Positions 20,024 through 28,346 of a stretch of 64,000 nucleotides of DNA are shown here, piece after piece. How positions within the stretch are numbered: the stretch's first letter is position 1; each line of letters opens with the position of its first letter. This stretch comes from Clostridia bacterium (GTDB lineage: Bacteria > Bacillota > Clostridia > Christensenellales > Aristaeellaceae), in assembly GCA_017434775.1 (NCBI GenBank), contig JAFSGG010000042.1:60837-124836 (forward strand). Direction: 5' to 3'. The notes under the pieces are model-generated. The model had not been told where the DNA came from. It saw only the letters and a list, made by a program, of their open reading frames with translations, and ran no database searches. The position numbers were made by a program, and so were the translations under genes.

Positions 20024-21103
20024 ATGAGTGCGCAAGTGGATGCGAAGCAGGCAAAACTGAACGAATTGTTTGAACTGGGGAAGAGCAAGGGTGTTTTGAC
20101 ATATGACGAAGTGATCAATAAGCTTTCCACTTCCGAAATTGACCCTGAACAGTTTGATAACATTCTGGAAACGTTTGAAGGCATGGGCATTGTGGTAACC
20201 CGTGACGGCGAATTGCCCCCTCAGCAGGTTGAGCCCGAACCCGAAGACCTGGACCTGTCCGTTCCTGAAGGGGTCAGCATTGACGACCCTGTGCGCATGT
20301 ATCTGAAGGAAATCGGCCGGGTTCCGCTGCTCAGCGCAGAAGAAGAAATCGAAATTGCCAAGCGTATGGAACAGGGCGATGAAGAAGCAAAGAAAAAGCT
20401 TGCAGAAGCCAATCTGCGTCTTGTGGTTTCCATTGCCAAGCGTTATGTGGGCCGCGGTATGTTGTTCCTGGATCTGATTCAGGAAGGCAATCTGGGCCTG
20501 ATTAAAGCTGTGGAAAAATTTGATTACCGCAAAGGCTATAAATTCTCCACTTATGCCACCTGGTGGATTCGTCAGGCCATTACCCGCGCCATTGCCGATC
20601 AGGCGCGCACCATCCGCATCCCTGTCCATATGGTGGAAACCATCAATAAGCTGATCCGTGTCTCCCGCCAGCTTCTGCAGGAATACGGCCGTGAACCCAG
20701 CCCCGATGAAATCGCCAAGGCTATGGGTATCAGCGAAAGCAAAGTACGTGAAATCATCAAAATTGCTCAGGAACCCGTGTCTCTAGAAACGCCCATCGGT
20801 GAAGAAGAAGACAGCCATCTGGGCGATTTTATCGAAGACGATAATGCTCCGGCTCCTGCAGAAGCCGCTTCCCACGCCTTGATGAAGGAACAGCTGTGGG
20901 ACGTGCTGGAAACCCTGACGCCCCGTGAAGAAAAGGTGCTGCGGCTCCGTTTCGGCCTGGATGACGGCCATCAGCGCACCCTGGAAGAAGTGGGGAAGGA
21001 ATTCAAAGTAACCCGTGAACGTATCCGGCAGATCGAAGCCAAAGCCCTTCGCAAGCTGCGCCATCCCAGCCGCAGCAAGAAACTGAAGGATTATCTGGAT
21101 TGA
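20024..21103 (+). CDS. rpoD: Primary RNA polymerase sigma factor (SigA/RpoD)
   Basis: Region 2 ([41 protein letters not shown]), plus regions 3 and 4.2 ([20 protein letters not shown]). Confidence 0.95.
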   Translation: MSAQVDAKQAKLNELFELGKSKGVLTYDEVINKLSTSEIDPEQFDNILETFEGMGIVVTRDGELPPQQVEPEPEDLDLSVPEGVSIDDPVRMYLKEIGRVPLLSAEEEIEIAKRMEQGDEEAKKKLAEANLRLVVSIAKRYVGRGMLFLDLIQEGNLGLIKAVEKFDYRKGYKFSTYATWWIRQAITRAIADQARTIRIPVHMVETINKLIRVSRQLLQEYGREPSPDEIAKAMGISESKVREIIKIAQEPVSLETPIGEEEDSHLGDFIEDDNAPAPAEAASHALMKEQLWDVLETLTPREEKVLRLRFGLDDGHQRTLEEVGKEFKVTRERIRQIEAKALRKLRHPSRSKKLKDYLD

Positions 21104-21765
21104 TTATGCGTTTGCCGCAATTGGATGAACGCCTGCAAAAGGCTGCAAATCTTTTTCCCGCCTGTGGGTACGGTGCCGATATCGGTGCCGATCACGGGCG
21201 GTTATCTTGTTTTCTGCTGGCAAAAGAACGTTGTGAAAGAATGTGTGTCAGCGATCTGAGTGCGCCTTCGCTCGAAAAAGCGGAGCGCTTGCTGCATATG
21301 CACGGCTTGGCTGAGCGTGCGGATTTTTGCGTGGGCGATGGTATTACGGTATTGCCCCAAATAGCGGATGCTATTGCTATTCTCGGCATGGGTGGAAAGA
21401 CCATTGCCCACATCATCAAAGATGGCCGAGAGAAGCTGCAGGGGGCAACCATGGTGCTTTCTGCCCATACAGAAGTGCATCTTCTTCGTCAGGCCATTAT
21501 GGATATTGACTACACCATTGAGTCGGAAGATATTGCTTATGCCGGCGGCCGTTTTTATGTGATCGTACGAGCTGTTCCCGGCAAAAGTTGCTACAATGAA
21601 AAAGAAATTCTGATCGGACCGAAGCTGCTGGAAGGGAAGAGCGAACATTATCTTCGCTATCTGGAATGGCGAAAAGAGGTGCTGTCCTGCGAAAACAGCG
21701 AATCCGGCCAAATGCAGTATCATCTGATGGAGGAGGAATGGCAGCGTGCAAATCACCATCTGTGA
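21100..21765 (+). CDS. trmK: tRNA (adenine22-N1)-methyltransferase TrmK
   Basis: [14 protein letters not shown] and GMGG motifs; conserved position after rpoD. Confidence 0.8.
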   Translation: MIMRLPQLDERLQKAANLFPACGYGADIGADHGRLSCFLLAKERCERMCVSDLSAPSLEKAERLLHMHGLAERADFCVGDGITVLPQIADAIAILGMGGKTIAHIIKDGREKLQGATMVLSAHTEVHLLRQAIMDIDYTIESEDIAYAGGRFYVIVRAVPGKSCYNEKEILIGPKLLEGKSEHYLRYLEWRKEVLSCENSESGQMQYHLMEEEWQRANHHL

Positions 21766-22513
21766 AATTTTGAATCATATCGAACAGATTGCTCCTGCTG
21801 AAACAGCGGAAGCGTATGATAACGTGGGGCTGATTCTGGGGCGTAGGGATCAGAATGTATCCAAGGTTCTGATTGCACTGGACGCCACCATGGAAGTGGT
21901 TGAAGAAGCGGAAAAGCTGGGTGCTGAATTGATTATCACGCATCACCCTTTGCTTTTCCGGGCCCGTAAAAAGCTGACGGAAGAAGATCCGGAAGCGAAG
22001 GTTATCTGCCGCATGATCCGATCCGGTATCGCTTTGCTCAGCGCTCATACCAATCTGGATAAAACAGTCCACAGTGGGAGCGCTGCATGCGCTGATCTGC
22101 TCGGCTTAAAGGATGTTCATCAGGAAGGACTTTTGTTTATTGGCACTTTGCCTGCAAAAATGACCGCTTTTGACCTGAAACAAAAGATGGCAAATGTAAT
22201 CATGCCCGATGTGCGGCTCTATGGCGATGAAAATATCGCCATTGAAACCCTGGCCATCTGTGGCGGTGCATATGACGAAGGATGGTTGGAAGCCAAGGCC
22301 AGCGGCGCACAGGCGCTGCTTACAGGGGAAGTGCGCCATCACAATGCTTTAGCTGCGGTGATGGATGGGTTTGCACTGTATGATGCAGGCCATTTCGGCA
22401 CAGAAGCCCCTCTTGTAAAACCGCTTTGTGAGTATTTACAAAATTGGGCAAATGATGTACAATATGATGTGACGTTTTTTTCGTCTGATGTGATACCTTA
22501 CGGACGAACGTGA
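21746..22513 (+). CDS. Nif3-family dinuclear metal centre protein (GTP cyclohydrolase 1 type 2 homolog)
   Basis: DNVGLILG, LIITHHPLLF, SAHTNLD and GHFGTE motifs. Confidence 0.85.
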   Translation: MQITICEILNHIEQIAPAETAEAYDNVGLILGRRDQNVSKVLIALDATMEVVEEAEKLGAELIITHHPLLFRARKKLTEEDPEAKVICRMIRSGIALLSAHTNLDKTVHSGSAACADLLGLKDVHQEGLLFIGTLPAKMTAFDLKQKMANVIMPDVRLYGDENIAIETLAICGGAYDEGWLEAKASGAQALLTGEVRHHNALAAVMDGFALYDAGHFGTEAPLVKPLCEYLQNWANDVQYDVTFFSSDVIPYGRT

Positions 22514-23235
22514 TAAAGGAGGCACATATTATGGATCAGATTCGTCTTTTGTGGGAATATCAACAGGCTGACATGGAAGTGAGCAAGATGGAAAACTCCA
22601 TCAAGCGTTCTCCCAACCGTCAGAAACTGGTGAAATATCGCGATTATCTGGTGAGCCAGCAGAATGTGATGAAGCGCATTGAAAGTGAAGTCAGCGCCAT
22701 GGCGGACCGTCTGGAAGCGCTGAAAGATGCCATTTCCATGACGGAAGATCAGTATAAGGCGCTGAAGCAAAAAGTGGAAAGCGACCAGGCCACCGATGCC
22801 AAGGCTGTGCAGCAGCTGATGAATGAGGCCAAGCGTTTTCTCAATAACCTGACGGCTTATGAACAGGAAATCAAACGGATTCGCAAGGATGCAGCCGATC
22901 GCGAACGCCTGCAGCATGATGTAAAAGTGCGTGCCGCGAAGGCCAAAGCAGAGTTTGATAAGCTGAAGGTTGCGTTTGATGCCGAATATAAGGAAAAAAC
23001 CGTGGAACTGGAAGGGCTGAAAGCCAAAGCGGCAGAGCTTGCAAAGCCTGTGGAAGCTGCTTTCATGGAACGCTATGAAGCCATCAAGCGCCACAGCGTA
23101 CCGCCGCTTGCCAAGCTGAACGGCGATCAATGCACGGGCTGCAATATGAGCTTGCCCAGCGCTGTGACCCGAAAAATCAAAGCGGGCGAATTAATCGAGT
23201 GTGAAACCTGCGGACGGCTGCTGGTGATTCTGTAA
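22510..23235 (+). CDS. Coiled-coil / C4 zinc-ribbon protein (COG1579 family)
   Basis: Long heptad-rich region, then CTGCNMSLP...CETCGRLL. It is the conserved partner of nif3. Confidence 0.75.
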   Translation: MIKEAHIMDQIRLLWEYQQADMEVSKMENSIKRSPNRQKLVKYRDYLVSQQNVMKRIESEVSAMADRLEALKDAISMTEDQYKALKQKVESDQATDAKAVQQLMNEAKRFLNNLTAYEQEIKRIRKDAADRERLQHDVKVRAAKAKAEFDKLKVAFDAEYKEKTVELEGLKAKAAELAKPVEAAFMERYEAIKRHSVPPLAKLNGDQCTGCNMSLPSAVTRKIKAGELIECETCGRLLVIL

Positions 23236-23412
23236 TCAGCAAAGCTCCTTAGGTTCATCATAAATAAGGTTGAAAGGGGATATGTGCTTATGAAAAAGAA
23301 TGAATCGGTGAGGGTAGAAGCCCTGTAAAACTGCATATCCGGGCGCAGGAAAACTGCTTTTCTTGCAATGCCCAAAACTGCCAACCTGAAAATGAGAACA
23401 TACCACAATTCA

Positions 23413-23458
23413 AACAGCTGTGTGTATGCCTTTTGAGGCTGCATGCAGCTGTTTTTTC
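23413..23458 (+). terminator. Terminator of the rpoD-nif3-COG1579 operon
   Basis: Imperfect long hairpin AACAGCTG...CAGCTGTT (23413-23420 / 23446-23453) followed by TTTTTT. Confidence 0.6.
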
Positions 23459-23481
23459 GTGGAAAAAAGGAGAAGAAAACA

Positions 23482-24471
23482 TTGAATACTGAACACATCG
23501 CAAGAATCATTGCCGTACATAAGGAACGCTATGCCCTGTGGGATGAAGAACACGGCGAATACTATGGTAAATTGAAGGCAAGCAATTACTATCATCTGTC
23601 CCTGACGCCTTATCCTGTAACAGGCGATCTGGTAAAATGTCAATATAATACCATGGGGGACAGCGTGGTTCTGGAAACCCTGCCGCGAAAAACGTTCATC
23701 CAGCGTTTTGACGCATGGAATGCAACCAATGCCCAGGCTATTGCAGCCAATGTAGATGAAATTTTCATTCTCACCTCTGCAAATCATGATTTCAATCTGA
23801 AGCGGCTGCATCGTTATCTGGCGGCATGCAAGCAGGGCAGGGCTAACTGCACTATTGTGATTACCAAGGCGGATGTCTGTGAATATCCGGAAGAATTGTT
23901 GGAAAAAGCAAAAAAAGATATGCCGGATGAAAAAATTCTTCTCATCAGCGCTGTCAATGGGATGGGGCTGGAGACCATTCGGGAAAAGATGATTCCCGGT
24001 AGTATCAGTGTCTTCCTTGGTTCCTCCGGCGTGGGAAAATCCACAATGGTCAATGCACTGGCTGGCCGTCATGTGATGGATGTGAATGGCATCCGGGAAG
24101 ATGACAGCAAGGGCAGGCATACAACCACCCATCGACAAATGGTGTTCTTAGACAGCGGTGCCATGGTGATCGACGTGCCCGGCATGCGTGAATTGGCCTT
24201 GTTGGATGCAGAGGAAGGATTGAACCAAACCTTCCGAACGGTATCTGACTTCGCAGAATGCTGCCGATTCCATGATTGCAGGCATGAAAGGGAACCGGGC
24301 TGTGCTGTGCGGGCAGCCATTGAACAGGGCGAATTAACAGAGGAAGCACTGCAGGAATATAAAAACCTGCAAAAAGAAGCAGCCAGAAAAGAACGTCGCG
24401 ACGAATGGGCCGTGATGGTATCAAAGCATCGCAAGCAATTGAAGAATACCCCCAAGCGCAGAGGTTATTGA
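23482..24471 (+). CDS. Second RsgA/YjeQ-family circularly permuted GTPase (paralog)
   Basis: TKAD...GSSGVGKSTMVNAL...GRHTTTH...DVPGMRE and Zn motif CRFHDCRHEREPGCAV. The start is placed at in-frame TTG 23482, 9 nt after AAGGAG, because the tracked ATG 23443 lies inside the upstream terminator hairpin. Confidence 0.75.
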   Translation: MNTEHIARIIAVHKERYALWDEEHGEYYGKLKASNYYHLSLTPYPVTGDLVKCQYNTMGDSVVLETLPRKTFIQRFDAWNATNAQAIAANVDEIFILTSANHDFNLKRLHRYLAACKQGRANCTIVITKADVCEYPEELLEKAKKDMPDEKILLISAVNGMGLETIREKMIPGSISVFLGSSGVGKSTMVNALAGRHVMDVNGIREDDSKGRHTTTHRQMVFLDSGAMVIDVPGMRELALLDAEEGLNQTFRTVSDFAECCRFHDCRHEREPGCAVRAAIEQGELTEEALQEYKNLQKEAARKERRDEWAVMVSKHRKQLKNTPKRRGY

Positions 24472-24508
24472 CGGCTTCATAAAAGTGTGATAAAATCCAT
24501 CTGTGTTT

Positions 24509-24840
24509 CAAAGGCAGCTGGATGGTCGCGTGCCGAAAGGCATGAGGAAAGTCCGGGCACCGTAGGGCAGGATGCCAGCTAACGGCTGGTGGAGGCGACT
24601 CCAAGGCAAGTGCAACAGAGAGATACCGCCGTGATGATCACGGTAAGGGTGGAAAGGTGCGGTAAGAGCGCACCGGCGGCCTGGCGACTGTGCCGTCATG
24701 TAAACCCCATCCGGTGCAAGATTCGGGGACACATAGGGCGGCCCGTCCTGTTCCCACAGTATCGCTAGAGCGCACTGGCGACTTTGCGCATGGATAGATG
24801 ACCATTCTCGACAGAACCCGGCTTACAGGCTGCGCTTTGA
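24509..24840 (+). ncRNA. rnpB: RNase P RNA, bacterial type A
   Basis: Universal motifs GAGGAAAGTCCGGGC, CAAGTGCAACAGAGAG, GGTAAGGGTGGAAAGGTGCGGTAAGAGCGCACC and ACAGAACCCGGCTTA. The ends are complementary (AAGGCAGC / GCTGCGCTT) and form P1. End coordinates are approximate (about +/-5 nt). Confidence 0.85.
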
Positions 24841-24847
24841 TGCACAT

Positions 24848-24882
24848 AAAAAACCAGGAAGCGAAAGGCTCCCTGGTTTTTT
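24848..24882. terminator. Bidirectional terminator between rnpB and convergent lexA
   Basis: Hairpin AACCAGGAAGC-GAAAG-GCTCCCTGGTT, flanked by A6 upstream and T6 downstream. Confidence 0.75.
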
Positions 24883-24897
24883 GTTACAATGGATGAT

Positions 24898-25506
24898 TCA
24901 TTTCAGATAAGAACGCATCACAGCCGTCACTTTGCCAAGTATGATTACATCATTTACGATAATGGGTTCCATGGCTGGGTTTTCGGGCTGCAGACGAAAG
25001 TGATTCTCTTCCTTGAAAAAGCGCTTACAGGTAGCATCTCCATCGATCATGGCGATCACAATTTCGCCGTTGTTTGCTGTTTCCTGTTTTTTAACAACCA
25101 CAAAATCCCCATTCATAATACCGGCAGCGATCATACTGTCCCCCCGGATTTCCAGCACAAAATGATCGCCGCGGCCAATCATTTCTTCTGGCAGGGCCAT
25201 GAATTCACCTCTTGTTTCTTCAGCAAGGATGGGGGAGCCGGCAGCCACTTTACCCAGCAGCGGCAATTTTTTCAAAGAGGGCTTCTCTTCCCGGTGCACA
25301 TCGATGGTGCGCGGTTTCATGGCTTCCCGGCGAAGAAGGCCTTTCTTTTCCAGCCGGTTCAAATGACCATGCACTGTTGACGTGGAGCGTAAATCCACTG
25401 CCTGCCCAATTTCACGGACAGAAGGGGCATAGCCATTGACTTCTACGTATTTTTCGATATAATCAAGTATGCGCTGCTGTGTATCGCCATGGGGGCGTCT
25501 GGGCAT
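24898..25506 (-). CDS. lexA: LexA SOS repressor
   Basis: Winged HTH (SVREIGQAVDLRSTSTVHGHLNRLEKKGLL), a VAAG cleavage site, Ser (GDSM) and Lys (CKRF) of the S24 dyad. The start is at MPRRPHG; the 97-codon upstream extension in the ORF track is not supported. Confidence 0.9.
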   Translation of the reverse strand: MPRRPHGDTQQRILDYIEKYVEVNGYAPSVREIGQAVDLRSTSTVHGHLNRLEKKGLLRREAMKPRTIDVHREEKPSLKKLPLLGKVAAGSPILAEETRGEFMALPEEMIGRGDHFVLEIRGDSMIAAGIMNGDFVVVKKQETANNGEIVIAMIDGDATCKRFFKEENHFRLQPENPAMEPIIVNDVIILGKVTAVMRSYLK

Positions 25507-25543
25507 AAAAACACATCCTTTGGAACAATCATTACACATAATG

Positions 25544-25572
25544 ATTATAACATGCAAACAAATGTTTGGCAA
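25544..25572 (-). promoter_or_regulatory. Sigma-A type lexA promoter
   Basis: The minus strand reads TTGCCA-N17-TATAAT. SOS box 1 occupies the spacer and the -35 edge. Confidence 0.6.
25555..25568. promoter_or_regulatory. Putative LexA operator (SOS box 1)
   Basis: Palindrome CAAACAAATGTTTG, a variant of the Firmicute GAAC-N4-GTTC box. Confidence 0.55.
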
Positions 25573-25580
25573 GCGTTTTG

Positions 25581-25593
25581 CAAACATTTGTTC
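25581..25593. promoter_or_regulatory. Putative LexA operator (SOS box 2)
   Basis: The minus strand reads GAACAAATGTTTG (GAAC-N4-GTTT). It lies 25-37 nt upstream of the divergent small ORF. Confidence 0.5.
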
Positions 25594-25617
25594 TAAATAA
25601 TGAAGGGAGTCACTACG

Positions 25618-25785
25618 ATGGAAAAAATGTGCGTTCTGTATGATCGGGTATGCATTGATTGCGGCGAATGTGACCGGTGCGATCTGGATCCGGAAAAGAT
25701 TTGCGATAATTGCATGAAATGTATCAATGGAGATGATCAATACCGCAGTATTCAGATCGACGCCATTATAACAGAAGAGGAATGA
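25618..25785 (+). CDS. 55-aa cysteine-rich (8 Cys) acidic small protein, unknown function
   Basis: SD GAAGGGAG 8 nt before the ATG. Cys pattern C-x6-C-x2-C-x2-C-x2-C-x7-C-x2-C-x2-C. Codon usage looks coding-like. No family recognised. Confidence 0.55.
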   Translation: MEKMCVLYDRVCIDCGECDRCDLDPEKICDNCMKCINGDDQYRSIQIDAIITEEE

Positions 25786-25796
25786 TGGGGAAACCA

Positions 25797-26879
25797 TCAC
25801 TCCTCTTTTTTTGCAGGCAATTGGATACGCCGGGCTGCTTCGCGCTTATGCTGATCGGTCATGGCAGCATAATGTTTTCTGGTGGTATTTACGTCTGTGT
25901 GGCCCAGCACATCTGCCACCAGATAAATATCCCCGGTTTCTTCGTAAAGATTGGTGCCGAAGGTGCTGCGCAGCTTATGAGGGCTGATGCGTTTTTTCAG
26001 TGGCGCAGCAATCAAAGCATATTTTTTCACCAGATTCTGAACGGCTCTTTGGGTGATTCTCTTGCGCTGTAAGGACAGGAAAAGGGCATTTTCATGGCCT
26101 TCCACCGGGATTATTTCCAAGCGTTCCCGGAGATAATCTTCGATGGCTTCGGCGACGGTATCGGGCATGTAGAGCATGGATTGATCACCGCCCTTGCGGG
26201 TAACCACAAAAGCTTTGTTTTCCATATCAATATCATCCAGATTGATGCCCACGCATTCGCTCACACGGATACCTGTGCCAAGGAACGTGAGAATGATGGC
26301 CAGATCTCGTTTTTTTGTATTTTCAGATACTTTTTTCTGATGATCTGACAAACCATCGCCGGTATACACAGCATCCAGCATTTTTTTCATTTCATCGGCT
26401 TCCAGGCGTAAAATGGGCTTTTCGTGTACTTTGGGAAGGGAGACAAGGGTGGCGATATTAGCTTCCACAAAGCCGTTTTTGAACATGTATTCAAACAGGG
26501 AGCGCAGGGAACAAAGCTTGCGCATAATTCCCAGCTCATGATTCTGCACCACATGGGAATCGCCGGATTCTTCGTTGGTCACATAATATTGACTCAAAAA
26601 ATCCTGATAACCCTCAATGTCACGCACCTTTACTTTTGCGAAGTCTTCTTCGCTCATGAGCCGTGGCTCTCTGTCTGCGAACAAAGGATTCTCCGTATGC
26701 AGGTACTGGAAAAACAAGCGAAAATCGTAAGCATACGCAAGCCTGGTCAACGTGCTGGTTGTCTGTGAAACGGAGCGGAAAAAATCCGTACAGACAATGG
26801 GTAATTCTTTTTCAATCGTGCGTAGTTTTTCCAGTCGCTTGATGTCCGTCTGTGTACGATAAGACGTTGAATCGGTCAT
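25797..26879 (-). CDS. Tyrosine recombinase (XerC/XerD / phage-integrase family)
   Basis: C-terminal catalytic motifs (GIRVSE..., HKLRSTFGT, LGHTDVNTTRKHY) and an N-terminal SAM-like core-binding domain. AGGAGG SD. Confidence 0.85.
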   Translation of the reverse strand: MTDSTSYRTQTDIKRLEKLRTIEKELPIVCTDFFRSVSQTTSTLTRLAYAYDFRLFFQYLHTENPLFADREPRLMSEEDFAKVKVRDIEGYQDFLSQYYVTNEESGDSHVVQNHELGIMRKLCSLRSLFEYMFKNGFVEANIATLVSLPKVHEKPILRLEADEMKKMLDAVYTGDGLSDHQKKVSENTKKRDLAIILTFLGTGIRVSECVGINLDDIDMENKAFVVTRKGGDQSMLYMPDTVAEAIEDYLRERLEIIPVEGHENALFLSLQRKRITQRAVQNLVKKYALIAAPLKKRISPHKLRSTFGTNLYEETGDIYLVADVLGHTDVNTTRKHYAAMTDQHKREAARRIQLPAKKEE

Positions 26880-26967
26880 GGGGAAAGCCTCCTGTAAAGT
26901 ACGTTCGATTCTAAGCCGTTTTCAAATTGAAAGACAGGCAATTGTATTGGTGAAGAAAGAAAATCCA

Positions 26968-26997
26968 TTGGAATGAAATCCACAACACACATATAAT
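26968..26997 (+). promoter_or_regulatory. Sigma-A type promoter in the AT-rich gap
   Basis: TTGGAA-N18-TATAAT, placed 24 nt before ATG 27021. Confidence 0.45.
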
Positions 26998-27020
26998 GCA
27001 CATCCATGGAGAGGGGCTTG

Positions 27021-27242
27021 ATGCATATTATTGAGAATCATCAGAATCAAAATGACGAATTAATAATATTGAACATAAAAAAATCATTGCTAAACAAAAA
27101 ACTGGAAAGAATATATTACAGATCAGCACACATACAGAAAAATAGAATTTCGTCCGTTTTTCATATCGGATCCATAATAGTATACTACCCCCTATCGAAA
27201 ATGTCAATAATCTTCGCAAAAGATTTCTTTTGCGAAGAATAA
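27021..27242 (+). CDS. Orphan 73-aa protein encoded in the AT-rich islet (hypothetical)
   Basis: GGAGAGGGG SD (27008-27016), a promoter immediately upstream and a perfect 12-bp hairpin (TCTTCGCAAAAG/CTTTTGCGAAGA, 27210-27238) over its stop. No homology recognised, and AT-rich DNA makes chance ORFs likely. Confidence 0.35.
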   Translation: MHIIENHQNQNDELIILNIKKSLLNKKLERIYYRSAHIQKNRISSVFHIGSIIVYYPLSKMSIIFAKDFFCEE

Positions 27243-27454
27243 TAAAGAGAGACGGGTAGATAAATCATTATCCCCCATTGCATCATTTGTTTTGAAAATT
27301 CATTGGAAATGGTGGCAGCTTTAGGTTTGATATCTAAACTTAAAATGAGTTGAAAGCAAAGAAATTGTTGGTGTAAGAAGAATTTTTCTCAACATTATTC
27401 CGAAACGAAAGTGCATCAGAAAAAAGAAAATAGGAACGTCTCCCCCGGGAATGT

Positions 27455-28330
27455 TTATGGTTTTTCACCCCGAAGAATCATCGTCAATGAGACATTGGTA
27501 TTCCAAAGCTTTTCGCCGTGCAGATATTGCTGAATACGATGATCATATTTTTGGTTGATCAGGGAAATAACGATATCCGCCTCTACCCTGCTTACATGTT
27601 CCGGAACGGTTCTGATAGCAGAATACACGGCATCCATAGCGCAATGGCGGCCGGCGTTGATCATCCGAAGTGCCATTTCTTTTGAATACGCAGGGTCATC
27701 CGGTGTCAGCGGAATGACGGCGTAATTAGTTTGTATATCGGTAAAACCATACTTTTCCATGGCAAGTGGCATTTCAGCTTCCGACATGGGATATTTGCAT
27801 ACCTGATAATCTTCCATTGCGTGATCGTACATGTTTACTTTTTCCCAAAATGCTCGTTCATATGCACTGTTTTCCAATCCCGGTGCGGGCAAATTGATTC
27901 CTTTCCGGGCGGAGAGCACCAGACAAACACCGCCTTTCTTCAATACACGCCTTTGTTCAGCGTAGAAGGCAGAAGGTTCAATGTGCTCACTGACAGTGTT
28001 GGAAATGGTCACGTCGAAGGAATCGTTTCCAAACGGAAGTGCTGTGGCATCGCCTTCCATAAAAGTGACGTCCCGGATATGCTCTCTGGCATAGGAAATG
28101 AAATGGCTGTCCCTGTCCAATCCGAATATTTCGGCGCATGGATACCGGCGATGAAGGGATTCTGCCAAAGCGCCCGGCCCGCAGCCGATTTCCAGGATGC
28201 GCAATTTCTTCTTTCTGTCAAGCGCAAAATGCTGTAGATACTGATCTTTGAAAAAATCATTAAACCGCAGGCTTCGGGTCAGATACAGGGTATCGATTCC
28301 CTGCACATGATCGGACCAAATGGTGTTCAT
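27455..28330 (-). CDS. Class I SAM-dependent methyltransferase
   Basis: Motif I ILEIGCGPGALAE and an acidic post-I residue (GLDRD); Methyltransf_11-like. Confidence 0.8.
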   Translation of the reverse strand: MNTIWSDHVQGIDTLYLTRSLRFNDFFKDQYLQHFALDRKKKLRILEIGCGPGALAESLHRRYPCAEIFGLDRDSHFISYAREHIRDVTFMEGDATALPFGNDSFDVTISNTVSEHIEPSAFYAEQRRVLKKGGVCLVLSARKGINLPAPGLENSAYERAFWEKVNMYDHAMEDYQVCKYPMSEAEMPLAMEKYGFTDIQTNYAVIPLTPDDPAYSKEMALRMINAGRHCAMDAVYSAIRTVPEHVSRVEADIVISLINQKYDHRIQQYLHGEKLWNTNVSLTMILRGEKP

Positions 28331-28346
28331 AATGTTCTCCCTATGC

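Noticed and set aside
23290-23328. 12-codon ORF MKKNESVRVEAL as a leader peptide.
   Set aside because: SD spacing is only marginal, and no obvious regulatory codon content links it to the downstream GTPase. It is kept only as a detail of the spacer finding.
24050-24847. Several minus-strand ORFs (184, 74 and 69 aa) across 24050-24847.
   Set aside because: They overlap the rsgA paralog in antisense, or the RNase P RNA gene, whose conserved motifs are unambiguous.
25507-25800. N-terminal extension of the lexA ORF. Analogous extensions occur on upp (50869-51177) and the GNAT gene (55649-55801).
   Set aside because: The homologous protein sequences begin at internal Met codons with SDs. The extensions overlap divergent genes or promoters and have no family similarity.
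27028-27219. 63-aa hydrophobic minus-strand ORF as a type I toxin.
   Set aside because: It has no SD or promoter. AT-rich DNA trivially encodes Phe/Ile/Leu-rich peptides, and it overlaps the better-supported plus-strand ORF.
26880-27454. Invertible promoter (inverton) controlled by the adjacent tyrosine recombinase.
   Set aside because: I found no pair of inverted repeats of 10 bp or more flanking the promoter. The only strong palindrome (27210-27238) is a local hairpin.
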